A stretch of DNA of 64,000 nt from Podarcis liolepis (taxonomy: Eukaryota), in NCBI GenBank assembly GCA_965112155.1, contig OZ218104.1, one strand, 5' to 3'. Below are positions 1 to 8,797 of the stretch, one piece after another. Numbering within the stretch: position 1 is the stretch's first letter; every line of letters starts with the position of its first letter. The translations under genes and the position numbers were made by a program. The notes under the pieces were generated by a model. That model searched no databases. It saw only the letters and a list, made by a program, of their open reading frames with translations, and was not told the DNA's origin.

Positions 1-317
1 GGTGAAGGACTGATCAAATTCTGTCAAATAATCAGATATACTTCAGGAATTAACTTTATAAATTTAACTTTAGAATTCGAAGCACAGTGACTGCAATCTT
101 ATGCATAAACCAGCTCAATATTTGACTGTGGTCAAATAAGATACAGTCAGTGCATAATATCAGACTAGTCAACTGACCACTGTACCAATGCCATTTGTGC
201 CAGTGTGCCAATGCCACAATTAAGACTAAAAGCGAACTTTAAAAAATGAAAATTTAGAACAATTGGGGACAGAAGGGATTGCAAACATTGATTTTGGATA
301 ACCAGAAGAGCACTTAC

Positions 318-333
318 CAATGCTGTCTTCCAT
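318..333 (-). CDS. PHACTR4: PHACTR4 first coding exon (exon 2 = 364..318, 47 nt; CDS ATG GAA GAC AGC ATT G = MEDSI + phase-1 G); the rest of the gene lies beyond the window start
   Basis: Minus strand: polypyrimidine tract ...tttctcttttcttttgcaag| at 365, ATG at 333-331 (gaaATGG context), donor G|GTAAGT at 318/317. The 16 coding nt match the recalled human PHACTR4 exon-2 layout (MEDPF+G). Position downstream of SESN2-MED18 fits synteny. Confidence 0.8.
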
Positions 334-1286
334 TTCCTGTGACATGCCTGGTTTTTTAGCAAATCTTGCAAAAGAAAAGAGAAATTAGAAATTATATTAA
401 ATCATGGATCTGTTGAACACCAGAAGCTTTGACATCCAAGCAAAAGAAAAACATCTCCAGTCAAAAACACAAACTCATATACAATATGGTCAAAGAGTGT
501 TCCTAGGAACTTTAGGATTTCCTTCTTACATGCAAAGTTCAAACTTAACGAGAAGGTTGGTGGTTCAAGCACACCCAGGAACAGCTGTGGGAAGGATTCC
601 TGCATTGCAGAGGGTTGGACTACATGACCAACACACTACAAAACTCCATTGAACATAATGGGACTTACTTCCAAATAAAAATTGTGTTGAAGAACAAGAT
701 CAGGGTTCTGGTGACAACACATTATGTCGCTACCAATGCCAGACAAAATGCGTGGACCCCAAATTACATTTAAACTTTAAAATCATATTATTTTCACTCT
801 GTAGGACAAATCTTTAACCCAGATCAAAACAGAACTTCTGCACATCAGTAATAACCCTAATAACACATCAGTCCATTTCTCTCTGGGGTCATTCCACGTC
901 AGTTCAATGCGGTCATGCCACCCACTGTCTCAAATTTTGATGAAACTTGGTGTACACCCTTCCCTTATGGTTGAAAGAAACCCCCTTTCTTGGAGGAAAA
1001 AAATAAAATGTACACAAGGCCGAGGATCTCAAGAGGGACAGAAACGCAGATTTCATGAAACTTTGGAGTGCTATAAAATCAAAACCGTTTGTGATAGAGG
1101 GGGAAAAAATTTAAGGGGGTTTCTTTCAACCAAAGGCAAATCAGTCACATGAGCACCAAACTGCAGTCTGAAGTGGTACTTCCTAAAAGAGAGGTTAACA
1201 TTTAATTACCCAAGTTTGGGAAACCCTGTCTTATTGCAACATTTGATTTTCTAGATAGGTTATGATTTCATGTGTACCCTTAAGAA

Positions 1287-1589
1287 CAGGCGTCGGCAAC
1301 CTGTGGCCCATGGGGGCCATTTAACTGGCCCATGGACCCCGCCGCCCACTTGGTCAGCTTCCGTGCACTGTGCTGAACCGGTGTGGAGCAGACAGGGGAC
1401 CACCTTCTGCGACGCTGGCCAGCTTCCCATTGGCTGCAGGAAGCTCCTGCAGCCAATGGGAAGCTGTGCACGTCTCCTCCGTGTCGGAAGGTGTATCGAA
1501 AATAGCATTTGTGCATGCGTGCGCCCGCCCACTCCGGCGTCTGTGGGACCATGAACCGGCCCAAGCCACAAAAACCTTGCCGACCCCTG
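1287..1589. mobile_element. Non-autonomous hAT (Charlie-type) DNA transposon
   Basis: TIRs CAGGCGTCGGCAA.../...TTGCCGACCCCTG; perfect 8-bp TSD CTTAAGAA (1279-1286, 1590-1597); internal 21-bp inverted repeat at 1420-1466. Confidence 0.85.
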
Positions 1590-3074
1590 CTTAAGAACCA
1601 TTCACAAATGAAGTTGCATATTAAGCTATTTTTAACCTGGTCTGCAGCATCATTTTCTATGCTTCCAGTTTAGCTCTACAGTACTGACAAACCAAGTGGG
1701 TGGAAGTTTTAAGTAGAAATGTATCCTTTGGGCGAAACAAGAGAGGCTACTCATCTAGCTCTTCCTTGACCTGAAGGAAAGGCAGCAGAAAGGAAAGGAG
1801 GCTTGTAGAAATCACACTGGGCTATAGGTTTATTGCTAGTCTCAAGGTGTGTGGGTGAGATGACAAAGAAGTAGCAATCCTCTGAAAACCAAAGGTTTGG
1901 TCTCCAGCAGCATTAACACACAAACTGTAATGCAATTAGACAGTGAAAAGTTTTCATCTCCTAAGAAATAGCTCTCATGTTGGGAAGTGATACTAGGTAG
2001 GGCATTCTCTCTTATTTATATCCAGTCCTTCCACAAAGGAGTTCGGGAAAGCATGCCTAGTTTGTTTCCCACATTTAATCCTCACAACAACCTTGTGGGG
2101 TAGATTAGCCAGAGAGCGACTGGCTTCACAGATGAGAAGGAATTTGGCATGCACACATAAATTTGCATACATGGGGGGGGGAGCTCTTTCAGTCTATTCA
2201 AGATTGAGGACTACCCAATTTTAAGAAATTAAGATGATCTGGAAGTGACCTTCTGTAGAAAACTACTGCCAAATCCCCTACAGGTTGCCACTTGTTCAGA
2301 ATAAATGTGCCATGAATCAGCCACATTCTTTCAAGTTTATGCTTCAAAAAATTGATCGATAGTAGACCTAATTTATATGGACACCACGTTGGATTTTAGT
2401 TTCTTTCACAATAAGCTTCACCAGAAAGGTCAGTTTGCACACAAACAAGCGGTTACCAACTCCCCTAACACAGTCACAAGACAGGCCGATACGCATGCTT
2501 CTAAATTAAACAAGGAAAAACCACCCACTTCATGAAAGAAAATACTGTAGTATGAAAGCTTACAACTTCCAAAACGGAGGCTTTCCTCACAATAGGGAAC
2601 ATCTGAGCTGCTACTAGTGCTAAATTTCAAAGGTAGTCAGAGTTACAGCTAAAGTAACAAAGTATTTGCAACATCATCAAAACCAAACAAATGTACCACA
2701 ACGTTCTCATGGCACTTTTTCTCTAGGCTGTGCACACCTGTGTATACCACAGGAAAGCAGCATGTAAGCAACAGTTTATCAGCTATTAGACAACTCAAGA
2801 AAGCATGAATCCTCCGGACAATATGCATAGTACTATTACATTAGCCATATTACTATTACATAGTTTTAATACACTCATGTGTTTAAGCAGTATGGCTGGA
2901 ATCAGGTCTTATTTGAGAAGGCCCCCAGATTTTCATGGATATGCCAGTCAACTCCCAAATTTAGTTCATGTCACAGCTACTCCCTAAAGAAGTTCCCCCT
3001 GCATTCCCTGATAACTATGATTGTGAAGGCTATGACTACCCATAGTCAGCTCCATCTATTCATGTTAACTCTTT

Positions 3075-3606
3075 TCAAGCTGCACTGGCTCCCGGTGGAG
3101 TACAGGGTCAGATTTAAGGTGCTGCTTTTGACCTTTAAAGCCCTTCACGGCCTAGGACCCTCGTACCTACGGGACCGCCTCACCTGGTATGCCCCACGGA
3201 GAGCCTCAAGGTCCATAAATAACAACACCCTAGTGGTCCCAGGCCCTAAGGAAGTTAGATTGGCTTCAACCAGAGCCAGGGCCTTTTCAGCACTGGCCCC
3301 AACTTGGTGGAACGCTCTGTCTCATGAGACCAGGGCCCTGCAGGATCTGATTTCTTTCCGCAGGGCCTGTAAGACAGAGTTGTTCCGCCTGGCCTTTGGA
3401 TTGGAGCCAATTTGATTCCCTCCCCCCCTTTTCTTTTTTCTTTTCCTTCTCCTGCAATGAGGCTTCATTTTAATATTTTAATGTTCCATTATTTTAATGT
3501 TGTATTTTATTTTTGTTTTTAAGTTGTAATCACTCATCTTGTTTTTATTATTGCTTGTAAGCCGCTCTGAGCCCGGCCTTGGCTGGGGAGGGCGGGGTAT
3601 AAATAA

Positions 3607-3656
<50 letters not shown>
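3075..3656 (+). mobile_element. 5'-truncated L2-clade LINE 3' end (RT C-terminus, 3' UTR, (TTA)n tail)
   Basis: Translation LHWLPVEYRVRFKVLLLTFKALHGLGPSYLRDRL...WNAL...FRRACKTELF is the typical L2 ORF2 C-terminus; ends in (TTA)n at 3608-3656. Confidence 0.85.
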
Positions 3657-3657
<1 letters not shown>

Positions 3658-4428
3658 CAAGATGAAGCCATTTGTTGTGAACAGTTGAACCAGCTAGGTA
3701 GCATCAAAGGTTAAGCATTCACACGAAATATCTTTGTTTTGTAATGTAAATTAGCAGGGATGGAGACCCATCACTGGGGGCCAAATACAGCCCTCCAAGT
3801 CTCACCATCCAGCCCATAAGAATGTTCTCAAGCCACACTTCCTCTCCCTATGTCACAACCCCCACTGCCCCTCCTTAAATATTTTTGACTGGCTGGAATG
3901 TGTCCTCTTGGTTGCCTAGATGGCAACATGGTTGTACGGTATTCATCAATCCAGGATTCACAGGAACTCTTCAATGAACTCAGTGAAGTGAATGTATAAC
4001 AAGGAACCAAGCTGGCCAACAGCTTATTGTTCACCAAGAACAATAAGTGGCTTCCTAGCAAGTGGGACTCAACATGTCTTGCAAAATGGGTCATTTGCAC
4101 CATTTGCTAGGCCTTTTGAGCTAGTCAACTAGTTAATGCCTCTACCTAAATGACGAAACTGTACCCTAGAATCCCAGATTCCCCATTTTTCAAAACAAGA
4201 AATGTTGTGAATAAGCACACAAGTGACTGCAATTCTACCTAACAGTGTGATTCTACACTCATGATTTCAGGTCCTGATAAGTGCCAATAACTAATGTTCA
4301 CATCAAAGCAGCTTGGTACTTGGAACTCTGACAGTTTTATTTAGTGATACCGTATTTTTCGCCCCATAAGACGCACTTTTTCCCCTCCAAAAATGAAGGG
4401 GAAATCGGGGTGCGTCTTATGGGGCGAA

Positions 4429-4850
4429 TGCCTGCAAGCCTCGCGCGCCCGGCAGGAGGTCCCACCGGGTGCGCGAGGCTTGGGGCAGCAGCCTGTCGCC
4501 CGAAGCACGGGGAGCCCTCCGGAGGGCTTCCCCTGCTTCGGGCGAGTGTCTGCAAGCCTCGCGCACCCGGCAGGAGGTCCCACCGGGTGCGCGAGGCTTG
4601 GGGCGGCAGCCTGTCGCCCGAAGCACGGGGAGCCCTTGGGAGGGTTCCCCCTGCTTCGGGCGAGTGTCTGCAAGCCTCGCGCACCCGGCAGGAGGTCCCA
4701 CCGGGTGCACGAGGCTTGGGGCGGCAGCCTGTCGCCCGAAGCACGGGGAGCCCTCGGGAGGGCTCCCCCTGCTTCGGGCGAGTGTCTGCAAGCCTCGCGC
4801 ACCCAGCAGGAGGTCCCACCGGGTGCGCGAGGCTTGGGGCGGCAGCCTGT
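4429..4850. repeat. Minisatellite array A, 118-bp unit x ~3.6, two hairpins per unit
   Basis: CTGCAAGCC recurs at 4432, 4550, 4668, 4786; stems AAGCCTCGCGCACCCGG/CCGGGTGCGCGAGGCTT and TCGCCCGAAGCA/TGCTTCGGGCGA. Confidence 0.95.
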
Positions 4851-5587
4851 GCTTCTAGGTCCGCGCAAGCAGTCCGCTAGCCTTGGGAGAGCCGCGCGGC
4901 TCTCCCAGGGCTAGCGGACTGCTTGCGCGCACGCAGAAGCTTGGGGCGCGCTGAGCTCGGCACGCCCCAAGCTTCTGGTGTAGCGCAGGGGTCTGCTAGC
5001 CCTGGGAGAGCCCCGTGGCTCTCCCAAGGCTAGCGGACTGCTTGCGCGCACCTAGAAGCTTGGGGCGCGCTGAGCTCAGCACGCCCCAAGCTCCTGGTGT
5101 AGCGCAGCGATCCGCTAGCCCTGGGAGAGCCCCGTGGCTCTCCCAAGGCTAGCGGACTGCTTGCGCGCACCTAGAAGCTTGGGGCGCGCTGAGCTCAGCA
5201 CGCCCCAAGCTCCTGGTGTAGCGCAGCGATCCGCTAGCCCTGGGAGAGTCCCGTGGCTCTCCCAAGGCTAGCTGACTGCTTGCGCGCACCTAGAAGCTTG
5301 GGGCGCGCTGAGCTCAGCACGCCCCAAGCTCCTGGTGTAGCGCAGCGATCCGCTAGCCCTGGGAGAGCCCCGCGGCTCTCCCAAGGCTAGCGGACTGCTT
5401 GCGCGCACGCAGAAGCTTGGGGCGCGCTGAGCTCGGCACGCCCCAAGCTTCTGGTGTAGCGCAGGGGTCCGCTAGCCCTGGGAGAGCCCCGCGGCTCTCC
5501 CAGGGCTAGCGGACTGCTTGCCGGCACGCAGAAGCTTGGAGCGCGCTGAGCTCCGCACGCCCCAAGCTCCTGGTGTAGCGCAGCGCA
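4851..5587. repeat. Minisatellite array B, 119-bp unit x ~6, two hairpins per unit
   Basis: GCTTG(C) recurs at 4921, 5040, 5159, 5278, 5397, 5516; hairpins CCGCTAGCC..GGGAGAGCC/GGCTCTCCC..GGCTAGCGG and AGCTTGGGGCG-GAGCTC-CGCCCCAAGCT. Confidence 0.95.
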
Positions 5588-5894
5588 CCTGGGGGGGGAA
5601 ATAAAATTTTTTTCCTTTATTTCCCCCCAAAAAAACTAGGTGCGTCTTATGGGCCGGTGCATCTTATGGGGCGAAAAATACGGTACTTCCATAAACCTAA
5701 AGCCACAAGACATGCAATAGCCATTTCAGAAGACCAGCCCTCATGGTTTGGTGAAAGACATCAATGCTTTGCAGATTCACCTGAACCCAAAAGATTGTGG
5801 AGCTCAGAAACCAAAAGGCAAAGGTTTGAAAATCCCAACAAGCTACCTAGCAGTGGCAGAGAACAAATAGCCAAAATAAATAAGTACATGTTGT

Positions 5895-6088
5895 AATAAA
5901 TTAAAAAAAAAAATTGTCCAGTAGCACCTTAGAGACCAACAAAGTTTGTTCTGGGTATAAGCTTCAGTGTGTATAATGCGCACAAAAGCTTATACCCAGA
6001 ACAAACTTAGTTGGTCTCTAAGGTGCTACTGGACAATTTTTTAATTTATTTCAACTGCGTCAGACCAACATGGCTACCTACCTGAATC
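5895..6088. mobile_element. Penelope-like retroelement remnant with a long inverted repeat
   Basis: ~57-bp arms (5908-5964 / 5986-6042, one mismatch) containing TCCAGTAGCACCTTAGAGACCAAC, recalled from reptile Penelope-derived repeats; 14-bp direct repeat TAAGTACATGTTGT at 5881-5894 and 6089-6102. Confidence 0.7.
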
Positions 6089-6466
6089 TAAGTACATGTT
6101 GTGTTACTCACATAAACAGTTTTATATGCAAAGTGTCAAGAGAAATAATTTCTTGAGAAAGTTTCCATTTCTGATTTCCATACATGGAAACTGCTTTTGT
6201 GAGATATTGCTTAACACTCTCTCCACAGGATACTGAACATAAGTGACTAAAGTAGTTATCAATATACCCAAAGAATGCCAACAAACCTCTTGCTACAAAA
6301 TGGGACCAAATTTATCAAACAAGAAATGCTTCAATTTGTTGCTGGCTAGTTCTTAAACCATCATGACTTAAAAAGGAATGATGCTCATGTATCTGGAATA
6401 ATTTACTTGGGTGTACACTCACCTGTGAGCCAATTCAGAAGAGTCATCAAGCTAGAGGGAATAAAA

Positions 6467-6656
6467 GAATCATAAACATGTACAGTTAGAAGGGACCCCA
6501 AGGGTCATCTAGCCCAAACCCCTTGTAATGCAGGAATCTCAGCTAAAGCATCCATGAGAGATGGTCATCCAACCTCTGCTTAAAAACCTCCATGGAAGGA
6601 GAGTCCACAACCTCCCAAGGGAGACTGTTCCACTGTCAAACAGCTCTTACTGTCAG
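6467..6656 (-). mobile_element. CR1 LINE 3' fragment
   Basis: Reverse of the CR1 3' end (agaatcat...gaagggacccc aagggtcatctag...ttccactgtcaaacagctcttactgtcag). Confidence 0.7.
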
Positions 6657-7558
6657 ATACGGTACTTTTTCCAAACCTCAATATCCAAAAAGGCCAAATC
6701 TGAGAAACGGGTCAAGATCCCACTAGTAAAACTTAAGATTCAGAATTTATTCTAATCATAGATTGGGAGGAGTGTTTAATGCACGTATGTATGTACATAC
6801 ACTTCTGCACATCAGGAAAGAGAGATTATTCAATTTCAAACATAAATGTTTCAGATTAACATTTTAGCTTTATTGGTGCTATAGCTTAGCAGGGCAACAA
6901 TATATTTCATTTTAATAGAAGAAAAAGAACCAAGCTTAAAAAAGAGCCGCCTCGACTCCATTTTGCAACCTGCTCTACCCTGCACTTGTCTGATCCACAG
7001 CAGGACCCACTGCAGTGAATGCACTGCCTCCTCTGTCCTTTCTCCTGCCTTTGCAGCTGGGCACCTGTATGCCTCAACACACTCAATCATTTTGAAGAGA
7101 GCAAACAAAAGCAAAGAAGCCGTTGAATCTGGCTAGGTCACCCTCCCCAAACACATTGGGTTAATTCAGAGTAGCAGCTGTGGCAGAAGCATTCTACGTG
7201 TAGCTGCCTGATAATCCCTTCAGTTCTGCTCTCAATTCCATCCATCCAAATGAGGTCAGGTCAAAATCACTGTAAACAGCAAAATTAGGCAACCACCCCA
7301 AACTCCAGCTAAGAACAGGAGCTGGAGAAGTACAGGTAAGACACCAGATGATTCTGTCCTAAATAGCCACTTACAGTGATCAAAATCAGAGCTTCTGAGC
7401 ATCCTACACATTCCAAAGGAATCTCCATTTTTTCCAGGACATGCAACATGCATGTATGTAGGTGAAAGGAAGCCCAGAACATCTTTGGCATGGAAAAGGC
7501 AACAGATTCCATTTATTCCATAACACCACAACACAGCTCTTTAATAGATGCTTTAGAG

Positions 7559-7694
7559 AAGGAATAGGCAAACTCAGCCCTCCAGATGTTTTGGGACTAC
7601 AACTCCCATCATCCCTAGCTAACAGGACCAGTGGTCAGGGGTGATGGGAGTTGTAGTCCCAAAACATCTGGAGGGCCGAGTTTGCCTATGCCTA
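7559..7694. mobile_element. Palindromic hAT-type MITE (ACTACAACTCCC family)
   Basis: Whole element is an imperfect palindrome; perfect 8-bp TSD CTTTAGAG (7551-7558, 7695-7702). Confidence 0.85.
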
Positions 7695-7851
7695 CTTTAG
7701 AGTGTTGTGTCCCTTGGCTTATGACATTTTCATCCAATAACATCACCACTGGTGGCTGCAACCACACTCAAATTTCACAGCTATAGCATCCAAGCACAAC
7801 AAAGCAATAGCACTTCGCTACAGTTTGTTGAACATGCAGCATCAATAGTTA

Positions 7852-8797
7852 CCGTATTTTTCGTCCTATAGGACGCACTTTTTCTCCTCCAAAAAATGAA
7901 GGGGAAATCTGGGTGCGTCCTATGGGGCGAATGCAGGCTTTCGCTGAAACTTGGAGAGCGAGAGGGGTCGGTGCGCACCGACCCCTCTCGCTCTCCAGGC
8001 TTCAGGAAGACATCCGCAGCCTAGGTAGCCCTGCGGGAGTTACCCGCAGGGCTTCCCACGCTGCGGATAGCAGCCTGCCGCCCGGTGGGCGGGGCGCCCT
8101 GAAGCAGAACGCCCCGCGCGCCGGACAGACATCCACAGCGTGGGGAGCCCTGCAGGAGTTCCCCGCAGGGCTCCCCACGCTGCGGATAGCAGCCTGCTGC
8201 CCGGCGGGCGGGGCGCCCTGGAGCAGAGCTCCCCTCGCACCGGGCATACATCCGCAGCGTGGGGAGCCCTGCAGGAGTTCCCCGCAGGGCTCCCCACGCT
8301 GCGGATAGCAGCCTGCTGCCTGGCGGGCGGGGCGCCCTGGAGCAGAGCTCCCCTCGCACCGGGCATACATCCGCAGCGTGGGGAGCCCTGCAGGAGTTCC
8401 CCGCAGGGCTCCCCACGCTGCGGATAGCAGCCTGCTGCCCGGCGGGCGGGGCGCCCTGGAGCAGAGCTCCCCTCGCACCGGGCATACATCCGCAGCGTGG
8501 GGAGCCCTGCAGGAGTTCCCCGCAGGGCTCCCCACGCTGCGGATAGCAGCCTGCCGCCCAGCGGGCGGGGCGCCCTGAAGCAGGGCGCCCCTCGCGCCGG
8601 GCAGACATCGGCCAGCCCCACAAGCTCAGGGGACAGCAGGGAGGCGCAGCGCCACCATCCCGCTGTTCCTCGACCTGGTTCGGTTTCCCCGACCTGCTTT
8701 TGGGGGGGAAATAAAGGAATTTCCCCCCCTTAATTTCCCCCCAAAAAAACTAGCTGCGTCCTATGGGACGGAGCGTCCTATGGGACGAAAAATACGG
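7852..8797. mobile_element. Second non-autonomous Tc2/Kanga-like DNA transposon carrying a GC-rich minisatellite
   Basis: TIRs CCGTATTTTTCGTCC.../...GGACGAAAAATACGG; TA at 7850-51 and 8798-99; subterminal TAGGACGC-type repeats x4; terminal segments homologous to the 4350-5683 element. Confidence 0.85.
8011..8605. repeat. Minisatellite array C, 119-bp unit x 5, two hairpins per unit
   Basis: CATCC recurs at 8011, 8130, 8249, 8368, 8487; 23-bp stem ATCCGCAGCGTGGGGAGCCCTGC/GCAGGGCTCCCCACGCTGCGGAT. Confidence 0.95.

Larger units (their letters stand above)
4350..5683. mobile_element. Non-autonomous TcMar Tc2/Kanga(MER104)-like DNA transposon carrying two GC-rich minisatellite arrays
   Basis: TIRs CCGTATTTTTCGCCCCATAAGA.../...TCTTATGGGGCGAAAAATACGG; TA on both sides (4348-49, 5684-85); four subterminal TAAGACGCAC-type repeats; no transposase ORF. 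Confidence 0.85.

Noticed and set aside
885-1140. Possible DNA-transposon end (GGGGTCATTCCACGTCA..., repeated TGAAACTT)
   Set aside because: No matching second terminus or TSD found, so it could not be classified.
2879-3415. 178-aa ORF as a host gene
   Set aside because: The C-terminal part is L2 LINE reverse transcriptase; the N-terminal part is chance read-through.
4337-4914. Overlapping 124-178 aa ORFs on both strands
   Set aside because: Products of a stop-poor GC-rich 118-bp repeat; the peptides cycle through frames and lack splice or start context.
4429-8605. CRISPR-like palindromic repeat arrays
   Set aside because: Units are contiguous with no unique spacers, there are no cas genes, and the context is a vertebrate intron.
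7913-8733. Overlapping 66-200 aa ORFs
   Set aside because: Same artefact from the 119-bp array C inside a transposon.
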